Assembly: GCA_964016885.1 (NCBI GenBank)
Contig: OZ024740.1
Location: 341,806,001 to 341,870,000, forward strand
DNA length: 64,000 nucleotides
Direction: 5' to 3'
Source: Eledone cirrhosa
Taxonomy: Eukaryota
Below are positions 52,175 to 64,000 of this stretch, piece by piece (positions within the stretch are counted from its first letter, which is position 1; every line of letters starts with the position of its first letter). Made by a program: the position numbers and the translations under genes. The notes under the pieces are model-generated. The model did no database searches. It saw only the letters and a program-made list of their open reading frames with translations, and had not been told where the DNA came from.

Positions 52175-52729
52175 TATATATCTGTCTCTATCTATCTACC
52201 TATCTCTCTCTCTATCTATATTTATCTATCTATCTCCTCCTCTCTCTCCATCTCAGTCTATCTGTGTTATCCTCTCAACTCCACCAAGCCTACTGCTAAT
52301 GATTACAACTGTCTTTTACTTAAACTCTGAGTTAATCCATGTTTTGTCTAAGTATGGAAGTTGCTCTGTCTCTGAACGTCCTGTCACGTACAGGATGTGT
52401 AGACAATGAGAATGGCCAGGTCAACCATTGTCAGGAGACATTTGTATAACTTATTTGGTATTTACACAGACCCATGTTTATATGAGATTATGTATATATA
52501 TATATATATGTGTGTGTGTGTGCTAGTGTGGAAAAATGGACATTAAACGATGATGATGATGTAGCCATAATCGAAGCTATAATCGAAATCTAATGGAACA
52601 AGTTTAAGTGTTGTTTACAAACCTGAGCTACAGAACAATACTGAAAACAATCACAATCTTTAACATAATGAAACAATGTTATGAAGATCTGCAAAAATGT
52701 AGGCATTAAAGTAGAAGTAATGGTTTATA

Positions 52730-53165
52730 ATAATAATAATAATGAAATTATTGTGTACAGTGCTCAGGTGCACTACAACTCATCAAAGGTGCATGTATAG
52801 TACATAGAATAATGTACAAATGTCAGGAAAATGAACAGTGTATGAGTCATGATATAATAATAACAACAATAATGAAATATTGTGTACAGTGCCCAGGTAC
52901 ACCACAACTCATCAAAAAAAGTGCATGTACAGTACATAGGGCAATGTACAAACATCAGTAAAATGAACAGTGCACGAGTCATGATACACACGTGTGCATG
53001 TGTATGGAAGGGGTACATCAGGTGTAGTTTTGGCGTATTTCGGGAAGCATGAGTGTCTTAAAGGATGCAGTGTCTCGGCAGCTAACAACTGATGCAGGCA
53101 GTTTGTTCCATGCTTCAGCAACTCTGAGCGTGAAAAAATGTCTATGAAAGTCATGGGAGCTGTGC
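52730..53165 (-). mobile_element. CR1-clade LINE 3' end with duplicated 3' UTR; related ends at 1120-1225 and 32625-32872 (+)
   Basis: Minus frame FFTLRVAEAWNKLPASVVSCRDTASFK; 3' UTR ...GTGCACCTGAGCACTGTACACAATAATTTC(ATT)n. Confidence 0.8.
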
Positions 53166-53399
53166 TTAATTTATAATACATGACCAGCAATTTGGGGGGA
53201 GGGGGAAGTCAATTAAATCGACCTCAGTGCATTACTGGTACTTTGATTTATCGACCCTGTAAGGATGAAAGGCAAAGCTAACCTCTGTTGGATTTGAACT
53301 CAGAACATAAAGGGGTGTAACTACGTCGTGAAGCATGGTGTCTGACGTTCTACTAATCCATGAAATAATGATTTCTAATTTAGGCAAAAGGCCAACAAT

Positions 53400-53940
53400 T
53401 GTATGGGTTGGACAGGTCCATTTTCAGCACAGCATCTCTCCACTCACCATGTTTCTTCATCATCTTCTCTGTGAGTCTCAGTGATTTGAGATCAGCTCTC
53501 AACAACTCTGCCCAGGTCTTCTTTGGTCTACTTCTACTGCAGCTTACCATTGGGATTTTCTGGCATTTCTTCATCCGTGTGCATCACATGTCCAAACCAA
53601 CACAATCTTCTCTCTTGCACACCACTTCTGATTCCTTTTAAACCCAGTTTATCCCTCAATTCATCCAAGCTCTGCCATTCTCTTACATATACATTGCACA
53701 TCCTATGAAGCATGGTTGCTTAATTTCTCTCCAGCCTATGCATGTCCTCTGCAGTCACAGCCCATGTTTCACTACCAGCATTGCACTTTGCACGCAGGCA
53801 TCATACAGTCATTCTTTTTTATGCAAGGAAAAACCTTTTGTTGTTATTCTAACTATTATGCTCTCAGAGCACCCTCCTCTGCTGATAATTGGGTCACCGA
53901 GATAGCAGAAGCTATCAACCACTTTTATGGATTTTTCATG
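53400..53940 (-). mobile_element. Degenerate RTE LINE C-terminal fragment
   Basis: FCYLGD...GGCS and RPKKTWAELLRADL remnants. Confidence 0.8.
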
Positions 53941-56355
53941 TGATTGAAAGAGGTTTATATCACTGATGCCCTTATTGTTTTTATTTCTATTATCTCTTAA
54001 CTGCCCAGAATTGATGTAAACATCTATCTATACCCTTAACTACCTTGAATTCCTTTCCCTTTTCACTGGTCTATGAACATTGTTTCTAAGGAGCAAGATC
54101 TACTAAAAATCTGATTTCCCACATGTTACATGTCAAGGGTCTTTTAACCTTGATAACCTCAGTGAAAGCAATATTTACTACACATCCAAGTACAAACCAG
54201 GCTCAGTTTGCTTGACTTCAGTGAAAGAATGAGAACTGCTGTTTACAATGATATAGCCATAAACATGCCAACATGACAAGCAGACGTGAAATGATGATGA
54301 TGACCCAAATAATGTTTCATATTTTTAGGCTATGTAATGTCTCTCTACACAATGAAATTTTATTGCGCTATTTCTTCAAGACATAGCCTAAAAATATTAA
54401 ACATTATTTGGGTCATCATCATCATTTCACTGGTTAGGTGACCATGTCTTGTCCATATATTCCATTTGGGGCTTGGCTAAATGCCTTTCCTAATGCCAAC
54501 CACTTTGCAGTCTTGACTGGGAGCATTTTTCAGGGCACCAGCACTACCAATTTACAGGATGGACTGGGTGCTTTTTGGCAAGGCAGCAGCACAATCACCT
54601 TAAATAAGGTGAAAAAACCTTTTAATGTTAATAAATGCTGTCAGCTTGGTGAACAAAATTATTTTTTAACATTCCTCTATTTTATTTCATTTTTCTTCTA
54701 GATTTATATCTTTAAAAAAACTTATCTTTGACTTAAGTTCACTGTGATATAAAGATACTGAAATCTGTGTCTACAGATATTAGGAAAAATATTTAAACTT
54801 TAATCTATGCTTTAAGTTGAAGGTTAATACAGATTGAAAAAGTATATATTTTCATAAATACAATACATAATACTAAACAATATTCATCTTATATGTTTAA
54901 TTATGAAAATATACTGAACAAAAATGATTGATAACATTCTTTTCTAAATATAAAATTGTTTCAACTAATCGGCAGGCTTGGTTACACTATATGATGTTGA
55001 ATTCTAATACACTGAAGCATGTCCATAGTTAACCTTTGTTGACAAACAAAGATCCTCAAAACATACAAGTAAAGTATGAACAATTAATTTACAGAAATAA
55101 TCTGCCCATCCTATTTTCTGGGAGTTGTTAACAACTGCCGCTAAATTTTTATTTTATTTCTCCAAAATAAAAGGAAATTTTCAGTTAAGAACTTTTTGCA
55201 TACAGCATTCAAGTACAATCACCTTTTAACTTATGAGGTAAATTAATTACTTTAATTCTGAAAAGATAAAAACAGTAAACAGTTCTATTAGACAAAAACA
55301 GTAAACAATTACATTAAACAAAAATGGTAAAATCAAGAAAATGATATGTCATTGGAATGATACAGAAAAAATAATGCTATATTACTAACATAATGATGAT
55401 GATGGTGGTGATGGTGTTGACGACAATAACGATGATGATGAAACCATTACTCAGGGATTAAAAGTACAAACACATTCACTTCCATTTCTGCTTAAAAGCA
55501 GCATATGGCTATTGGTTAGTGGTGGCTACATAGCACAGTAATTTTACAACACATCCGATACAGGCTTCATCTTAACCAAACTAAACTTTATGAGTTTGAA
55601 TGAACTTCTCTGGTAAAAAAAAACATTTGTTGCTTAGTTTCTCATTAACAAATCAAAGTTAATAAGAAAGCATAAGGCTTCAAATTTTGATTGGAATGTA
55701 TTTGATCATGAGTCAGCTGGATCATAGCTGACTTGAAGGTAAACAATATATGTTAATATTTCTTTTTAGAGGTGCTAATGATAGATATATTGGTGATAGA
55801 TGTATACATATTGATAATAAATGTATATATATATTGGTGGCAGGGATAGGTATTTTGGTGATAAGAATGGATATATTATTTACAAGAGTAGATATTTTTG
55901 GTGAAAGGAATAGATATAAAGAATAGAGTTGTATCTGTTTTCAGCATTAAACCAGTTTTTTCTTTTCGTGGTGGCATGAGCTGGGTGAGCATTTTACTAG
56001 CACCAGTTTTTCTATAAGAAGAGTTAACCTCTACATTTCTGGAAAAAGGGATGCTGCGAGTGATCTCCCATGACACTTCTCACAGCTCAACATGGCCAAC
56101 TCAGAGAGAGAGAGACTTGACATGTTCTTTATGTACTTTATTTATTAACCGCAAATGAGTGCAATGCAAAGTTGACCTCAGTGGCATTTCCCCCCAGAAC
56201 ATGGAAAATCAGAACAAATGCAGCAAGGCATTCTATTCAACAACCTAATGATTCTGCTAATTTGCCACCTTTGTATTTAGATATAAAATAAAAGACAGAA
56301 GAGATTTACTTACTCTCTTCAAGGTAAACCTGAATCCCTTTTTTTAAAAAGTGTT

Positions 56356-56452
56356 TTATTTACACTTGTCAAACTGAATCGCTTTTAGTCTTGCATTCAA
56401 TTTTGTCCGAATATAATTCCTTCCTCCATGTAACCTTTGTTCAAGCATCAAA
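56356..56452 (-). CDS. Gene 3 probable last coding exon
   Basis: TCCTTTCAG acceptor; only the phase-2 frame is open, matching the previous exon: ILMLEQRLHGGRNYIRTKLNARLKAIQFDKCK-TAA; GTAAGT donor at 56313. Confidence 0.5.
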
Positions 56453-56634
56453 CTGAAAGGATATCACAAAATACATTCATAAAGAAACATAAATTTAGGA
56501 AATAGTTTTGAATATTTGAGTATACAAGTTGGATATCTTACCATGGTCTGATATATTTTGAGCCTCCCTTGTACTATCAGTTCTGGTTTTAGACTTTATA
56601 TCATATTAAACATTAAAAACCTTATTTGGAAGCA

Positions 56635-56817
56635 CTGGCAGTATCGGTAGAGAGTTGGACACTATGCTTTGCAGCATAGAGTTACAGTCCTTTATCGTCT
56701 GAGTTCAAATCCCGCCGAGGTTAACTTTGCCTTTCATCCTTACGGGGTCGATAAAATAAAGTACAAGTAATGCACTTGGTAATTGCTGGCCTTGTGCCAA
56801 AAGTAGAAACAATTATT
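56635..56817 (+). mobile_element. tRNA-derived Nin-domain SINE, well preserved; other copies near 29060-29215(-), 32880-32990(+), 35025-35212(-), 37150-37335(+), 47440-47550(+), 53190-53360(-)
   Basis: A-box-like TGGCAGTATCGG, B-box GAGTTCAAATCC, GCCTTTCATCC..GGGGTCGATAAA core, AT-rich tail. Confidence 0.88.
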
Positions 56818-57439
56818 AATTGTCTTATTTACTGCTTTAAGCTTTGTTCTACATTTAATAAGACATCAATATATATGTAGAACAAGATGGTAAGACTGTT
56901 TTCATATTTGTTTATGGTTGGGCAATGGCCAAGTCTCAAGGTTGCTGAATTTAAAAGACCCAACCTGCAATAACATTTTATCTTTTGATTTATTACAAGA
57001 ATATATTAGAATATGTGGTTAGGATTGTTTTGAAAAAGCCAGTACAATACATGTTAGGAACAAAGAAGTGAAAACTACAGTACAGTAAGACAAACAAAAC
57101 AAGTTTACACTGTTATCTTATATTTCATGATATTTCAGGGTTAGGATGTTTTTTTCTGCAGGAAAGCTTTGGTCATAATCTCCATCACACTCTATTTCCA
57201 TTCTTTTGAAAAAGGAATCATAACTCTGAAATATCATGCAATATAAGGTAAAAGTGTAAACTGCAATTTTGTTTTGTTTATTATATTTTACTCAATTTTT
57301 CACTCATGTGGTGTACTGGCTTTCTCAAAATAATCCTAAATTAAAATGCAAATGTTATTGTATTGAAGTTGCTCAAAATATTCAAGATATAACATATATT
57401 ACATGACCAATTTCCTGGCACCATTAATCTGCTGCATTA

Positions 57440-58110
57440 ATCGTTTTGTTGGACTAACAGTTTTGCAATAATTAGGGATAAATGTAAGCAAAGTAGGCTA
57501 GGAGTTTTCCCAAATCACTGGTAATAACTTTGAAGGTTCTTGTTATGTGTTATTCATAACTAGAGAGGGTGGTGCACGGAACTGCTCGCTTGTTATGTCT
57601 AGTGATTGTGTTTTTGTACTAGTGAAAGAGACTAAGTTGTCATGTGCTCCATGTCGTGTGAGGTATTTAAGTTGTTTGTGGATGACACTTATCTTCAGAA
57701 GGTTAAAGAAAAGTAAAGGAGCATGTGTTGTGATAGAAAACAGCAGATAGGTCATTAATGTACAAAAGGGAGGATGAGGGATAGAACCAAACAATGTAGG
57801 TGGGAGAGCTCTGTCAGTACATGCTGTGATGGTGCAATCTAACAAGAAACTTCTGATAGTATATTTTACTAGATGGTTCTCATACCAGACATGGTCAAAT
57901 GCTTTGTTGATACAACAGTGTTTTCATTGAGGTTATTAAGAGTGAAGAACTATTGGTGATTGACATAGAAAAACAAGTTCCCAGTAGATTTGACTCAAAA
58001 CAAGCTACACTGGAAGTTGTTGAGGATGGAGAGAGATACTATGTCGAAGTTTACAACTTTTTTCCTTTACCCTTGAGACGTTGAATGTTTGTTAATTAGC
58101 AGGGTCAGAG
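57440..58110 (-). mobile_element. Highly degenerate CR1/L2-like RT fragment
   Basis: Minus strand AAAGCATTTGACCATGTCTGG = KAFDHVW; the rest is frame-broken. Confidence 0.5.
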
Positions 58111-58864
58111 AAGTTGACTCATTAAAAGAAAATTGTTCATGGCTGAGATCAATTCCTTGGGTGGTGGACTTAATGTAGGTGGTAGAATTAATCCATTGCC
58201 AAGTTTAACACCCCCACTTGACTCTTGGCTACCTTTAGCAGAGTCCAGTCTGTTGCAAGTATTCATACCAGGTCTTTCTGAGGATGCCTTCATTCCTCCA
58301 ACTCATCTTGGAGGCTCTGAAAACTGTCATGGGTCTTTTTTTTTCTTGACTAAACAGTAAAAAATATATAAATTCTAAAGCCAAACTACATACCACTAAG
58401 CTAATGGATACCAGCCTACTTATTTAAGTCCTCCTTATCACATCTGCTTTTCCCATACTTGCATAGACCAGACATGCATAGGCTGAGTGCCACTAACAAA
58501 GTATATATAACCTCACAGTAACTTACTAAAGAGATAGTGAATATCTCACCAAGTGGTTAAGAGGTTTGCTGCACAACTACATGGTTGTAGGTTTGATACA
58601 ACTTACTGGATTGTCTTCAGCAAAACATAGCTTCACAGTAACTTAGTAAAGAGAGAGTGAATGTATCACTTAGTAAGTATTCAAGAATATAATATATAAC
58701 ATGTAGAAAATTGAATTGGTGCAAATCATCTAATTTCTAAACAATTCCATTTTACTTTGTCAAAAGTTATATATTTCTGCATATTTACATAGTGTGTGTG
58801 TACGCGAGTGTGTGTAAGTGTGCAGGTTTGTGTGAAAGTGTTGGGAATAAAGAAGGAAACTTAC

Positions 58865-58992
58865 ATGCTCCAAACTTTATAAACTGCTGGAAAGATGTCA
58901 ATCGTTATATTATGAAATAATCCACTTGAAATACCTTCCCTCTTAAACTTCATTAATGTTTCTGTCAGTAAAGTTGATGAGATGTTTAACTG
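58865..58992 (-). CDS. Gene 3 exon: C-terminal part of RGS-like domain
   Basis: TATTTTCCAG|CAG tandem acceptor, AT|GTAAGT donor, phase 0 to 2; QLNISSTLLTETLMKFKREGISSGLFHNITIDIFPAVYKVWS fits RGS (Q)LNI...LF...IF...W. Confidence 0.72.
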
Positions 58993-60059
58993 CTGGAAAA
59001 TATAGAAAGAACATTTAGGTTCATTAGAAACCATCGTGGTATATAATTACCACAACGACTTCTTGGTGGCATCCACCATAATATGATCACTACTACATCA
59101 AGCACAGACACTTATTAATAGGTAATAGCCACAGTTATAGATACCACTTATACAACCACTATCACCAGATTCAGCACTTGGGTATTTAGTGCCCTTGGCT
59201 AGCTTTATAATGTGTACCCCTTTCTCCCAAATAAAAGTATTTTAACTTGCAATTTGATAAGCTGACAAACCTAGTTTTTGACACTTCTTGATCTGACCAC
59301 ACTAAGAAAATTATTAAACCTGCATTTTCCACTACACGGTCCATACCAAATCATGTTACAGACCATAACACCATACAATCATCCTCTTCACTGCTTTGGA
59401 TATTTCTACAACATTGCTATGTGGCAATGATGTTAGTGATTTATTTACTGATGGCAGGAAAATATTATATATCTAATTTAATTACACAGATTTGTATAAA
59501 ACTGTCATCTTGTAATGCACCTCTGTGAGGTCTGCACACCAGGTGGCTGCCTAGTTAGCCTTAACGCTTTAGTATTTAAACCAGCTGTATCTGGCCAGAA
59601 TTCTCTCACCTCTTTCTGTTCAAACCAGTTGTAACTGGCTGCTCATACCAATGTTAAGGTATTATTCTCAAAATCAATAATATCAAAATCTCATAGATTC
59701 GATATTATGTGAAATAATTATGTGAGATAAAGCCTTTTCTGTGAAAATATAATAGTAAATATAGAGTAATCAAAATGCTAAAGGGTTAATGATAGTGCTG
59801 GCCCTGACTATCCCCACTACCTCAATCACAACTACAATATAACTACTACCACATTTTATTTATCCATGTTTCCAACTATCCACCTTACCAGTTATGCCAT
59901 CTTGGGAAGGGATCGGATGCAACTGCATGTGTTCATGGATGAGGTTTTCTCATGGATGACAAAATGTATAACTAAACCAAACATGGTGTCTGTTAAAGAA
60001 AATCAATTTGTTTGACAGGGTTTTGAGTTTGACACAAAATCCAAAATTTACTCATAGCA

Positions 60060-60785
60060 GAATTAGAGAATAAATTCCAGACATGGAAGCAAAACTTGAA
60101 ATCAAAAGGTCTTAAAGTCAACTTGGCAAAGACAAAAGTCCTAGTAAGTACAAAGGAAAACATGGCCCTGACCCCTTAAGGGAAATGACCTTGCTCAGTG
60201 TGCAGGAAAGGTGTGGGTAGAAATTCCATTCTATGTTCCAAATGCAAATTATGGGTAGACAAGAAATACATCAGGACTTCAGGCAGGTTAGAAAAGAACA
60301 TTGGCTTTATACATGGTTGATGCATAAGAGCAGTAAGCAGCAAGAGCTCACATGAAACAAGCTCTATCAAATATTCTGAGAACTCAGTAGAAGTATTTGA
60401 CAGCTTCTGTGACCTGGGTGACCTAATTAGCAGTGGGGGTGGGTATTCCTGAAAGTACAGTAGCCAGAGTGAGAAGAGCATGGAGAAAATGCAGGGAGCT
60501 ACTACTGCTGCTAGCTACAAAAGTTTTTTTCCTCAAAATGAAAGGTAGGTTGTATGATGCTTGTGGACGAACAGTAATACTGCATGGAAGTGAGACCTGA
60601 GTGCTAAGTGCAGAGGACCTATGAAGAGTGGAAAGAAATGAAGCTTGCATGCTCTGATAGATGTGTAATAGTTAGCGTACATGATGAATGTACACTAATG
60701 GTTAGGGATCAGATGCAGTATGCAGAAGAGATTGCAGTGGTATGGACATGTGATGCATATGGAGGATAACAGCTGCATAAAAGTA
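60060..60785 (+). mobile_element. Degenerate RTE LINE RT/PHD fragment
   Basis: LESKGLKVNLAKTKVLV...PCSVCRKGVGRNSILCSKC...MKGRLYDAC remnants with stops. Confidence 0.88.
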
Positions 60786-61633
60786 GAAGACACTTTCCCA
60801 AGTTGCTGCATATTGCAATGAAACCTGGAAGTATGTTGCAAAGTAAATTTCTTAACCACAGTGTCATGCCTGTATGTATGTATGTATATATATATATAAT
60901 AATAATACTATTTATAGTTATGTATATAGTATAAACAACTATAAACAGGCAGGTCAGTAATTTCTTACTACCTTATTACCAGTAAGAGAAATAGCTCAAT
61001 GTAAGAACATCAGTTGTTTTACAGAGCAGGAAAATACTGTTGGAAAACCTACCTGTTGAACAACTATAGTCCATGAATATGAATACAATAAGACTAATTT
61101 ACAATCCATTGCTTTAACTAACTTAAACATTCAATATAAACATTAACTAAAATATAATTCAACATATGTAATGAAAGAGACTGCAGTAACTTTATTCTCC
61201 TCAACACACACAAATTCAAACACTATCAACATACTATGTCCTTAGATTTTAATACATTACATTTTTGCTTAAAATACAGTATTTATTTATCTATATATGC
61301 ATAATAACTTTGCTTATTTCCTTCTCATATATATGACTAACGCATGTGCACTTTCTACATGCTTGTATATGTATTACTAATGAACTCTTTCTTTCTCAAA
61401 GCTCCTTTCACAATGGCTCTTTAATTATTAGACTATTCTCATGTATTATCTGTTGCATGTATTCCACTCTGCTTTTAATTTGAATTTGAATTTTTGTACA
61501 ATTCTCGTAAAATATATGTCACATCCATTCCACCCTGTAAATACGAAACTGTTGCTCACAACATCAATATATATGTATCTATATTACTGTTCAGTTGAAT
61601 AGGAGGTTAATTACATGTACAAACATTGATAAT

Positions 61634-61678
61634 GCTCCGATGACTCCAAATGAGAGTTTGGAAGAAACGATTGTCAGC
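61634..61678 (+). ncRNA. Degenerate minimal hammerhead motif
   Basis: GCT-CCGATGA-CTCCAAA-TGAGAG-TTTGGAA-GAAA-CGATTG-TC-AGC; one core substitution (U4C), good stem II, near-palindromic stem III. Confidence 0.6.
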
Positions 61679-63710
61679 TATTAAATGATTTGAACACAAC
61701 TTTGATAATTGTCTAATTTATTTATTATGTATATATATATATATTATCATCATTTAATGCACATTTTTCCATGCTAGCAAGGATTGGACACAGACACACA
61801 TACCATACATACATATAAAATTATATTTTGTTCCAGTAGATAATTTTAAGAAGTCTAAGAATAGATTCCCACTATATTAATATAGCAATTAAATTCCAGG
61901 CATGGCTGAATATTTTAATGGTTGGTTTAGAGTGGAGTTAATTCATTTGATACCAGATTGCCTGAAACTTCCTTTAGTACTATGACACAAAGCAGCTCAT
62001 TTTTAAAGTGTACATACTTATTTTCAAACTTTCCATCATAATTAAAGTTAGTTATAATACTAAATTCTTCCAAATTTCCGGATATTTTAAAAACTAATTT
62101 GAATCCAATTGGCAGTGTATTTCGTTAAAAATGTAATAACAAAAGGGTTAAATAAGGTATTTTGAACAGCAATAAGTTAACAGATGCAAGAAAAATATAA
62201 GCAGTCTGAAAATAGATTAACTTTTTTGATACTAACCCACCAAAAATGGCTTTGTTTCTAAAAAACAAAACCAACCATTTTGAAGGATTCCTACTTATAT
62301 TAAAACCTTACAACATAATTTTAGAACCATTTGTTAAGTTGCATTACAAATACAATCTTAATTATTAATATTTTTAGTAAATCCCTCAAAATTCTTCAGT
62401 AATTAATTCAAATATAATGATGTATTTTATTAGAAATATGATCATAAAAGGGTTAATATTCTATAAAAAAAAACCCCACTAAACTAAACATAGCTGTTTC
62501 TCAGAGCTGGCTGATCTTAAGTCACCTCCAAACTCAGTCATCTCTCCTCTTGTTACAGATATCCCCTACTCACAAGTCTGCAATAACTTCTTTTACACCT
62601 CTTCCTTCCAAGAATGCCCACCCCATAAAATTATCTCCCTACCACAGCCAGTTAAGATCAACTAGGCAGCCACAGAGGATGCAAACCTCATAGAGAAGCA
62701 AGCAACTCAATCTTAACCCTTTAGCATTTACATTACTCTATATTTACTATTATATTTTCACAGTAAAGGCTTTATTTCACATGATATTGAATCTATGAGA
62801 TTTTGATATTTATTTTGAGAACAATACCTTAACATTAGTATGAGTGGCCAGTTACATCCAGTTTGAACAGAAAGAGATGAGAGAATTCTGGCCACATATG
62901 CCCGGTTTAAACACTAAAGTGTTAAAGGATCAGTTTTATACAAATTTTTATAATTAAACTAAAATATATAATAATTTCCTGTAATCAATAAATAAATTAC
63001 TAAACATTTTTGCCATGTAGTAACATTAGGGAAATATCCAAAGAAGTGGACAGGGTCATATGGTGTTTTGACTTGCCACATGATATGATATGGTTGAGCG
63101 TGGACTGTGTAGTCGAAAATGCAAAGTTTAGTCATTTTCTCAGAGTGGTCAAAAACTAGGTTCATCAGCTTACCAAACTGTAAGTTGAAATTATTTTATT
63201 TGGGAAAATAGGACATATAACTGGAAGAATGGGGTGCCAGCTTTGCTTCCTGCTTATATTTTTCCTACACCTGTTAAATTACAGCCATTCAATCGCAATT
63301 GCTCAACCAGTCTCAGTACTTTAACCTTTTTAATACTAAACCCATTCCCTGGTTCCATGATACAAAGCTGTTTACTTTAAAGAGTTTTTATTTATCTAAA
63401 AACCTTCCATCAAATGTTTATGTAAGAACATTTGTTAGGTTATGTTCCAATCAGCTTGATAATGAAAAAGTTAGTTACTTTCCTAAATCCTTCCAAATTC
63501 TTGATTATTTTGAAAATCATTTGAAAACCATAGGCAATATCTTTTATTAGAAATATAGTATTGAAACAGTTAATGAAGCTTGTTGCTTTCTCCCTCTTAT
63601 TCTAATATAGTTTCAAGATGAATATGAGTGATGTTTATGTTTCATATTTAGAGGATGGTCCCTACAAATATGTTGCAACCAATATTAACAAGAAATTAAA
63701 AGATAGATAC

Positions 63711-63840
63711 CGATGAACTCGGAGAATTTTTCTCTGTCTGGAGGTACTCCATAATTATATATCGGGCTTTCCTCTTAAGTAACTGCTTTTCCTTATGTAA
63801 CCGACCAGACACTTTGAACATTTGAAACAGCTCTTTATAT
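63711..63840 (-). CDS. Gene 3 exon: probable RGS domain (RGS22/RGSL-like), central helices
   Basis: CCTTCACAG acceptor, TCG|GTATCT donor, phase 2 to 0; YKELFQMFKVSGRLHKEKQLLKRKARYIIMEYLQTEKNSPSSS fits the RGS pattern YK...KAxxIxxxYL...SP. Confidence 0.7.
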
Positions 63841-64000
63841 CTGTGAAGGCAATATTGTAAAGATTTTTTTTTTTCAATATGCGATAGTTAAACAAAATTA
63901 AGTACCACTTCCCCTGCCAAACATCATATAATACTTGCAACATGCAACTAAAGAAATTAGTTAAAATCTGCCCTAAGCCCAGAGGCTCATTTAGGAAGAG

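Noticed and set aside
56635-56720. tRNA gene
   Set aside because: A/B boxes belong to a SINE head; there is no cloverleaf and it continues into the SINE body.

Overview
AT-rich, microsatellite- and transposon-dense animal genomic DNA; the SINE/LINE repertoire suggests a coleoid cephalopod (Octopus-like; inferred, not verified). Three intron-containing genes can be reconstructed by hand from GT-AG junctions with compatible phases. (1) On +, the last three exons of a single-pass membrane protein with a Tyr- and Pro-rich cytoplasmic tail (78-14059). (2) On -, a complete 8-exon, 820-aa gene (46813-23390) encoding signal peptide + two tandem GPR158/GPR179-like Cache+EGF ectodomain modules split by a furin-like RQRR site and ending in a GPI-type hydrophobic tail, with no 7TM domain. 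(3) On -, the 3' exons of a probable RGS-domain (RGS22/RGSL-like) gene (63840-56356). The rest is RTE-clade LINEs carrying a PHD finger inside the RT, a nested Tx1/L1-like LINE array, CR1 remnants, Nin-domain tRNA SINEs, several MITE families, a 5-kb 29-bp satellite and long simple repeats. At least six unrelated type I hammerhead-ribozyme-like motifs with palindromic stem III (Penelope/retrozyme style) occur, several inside long fold-back inverted repeats. All calls come from reading the sequence; no database searches or folding programs were run.
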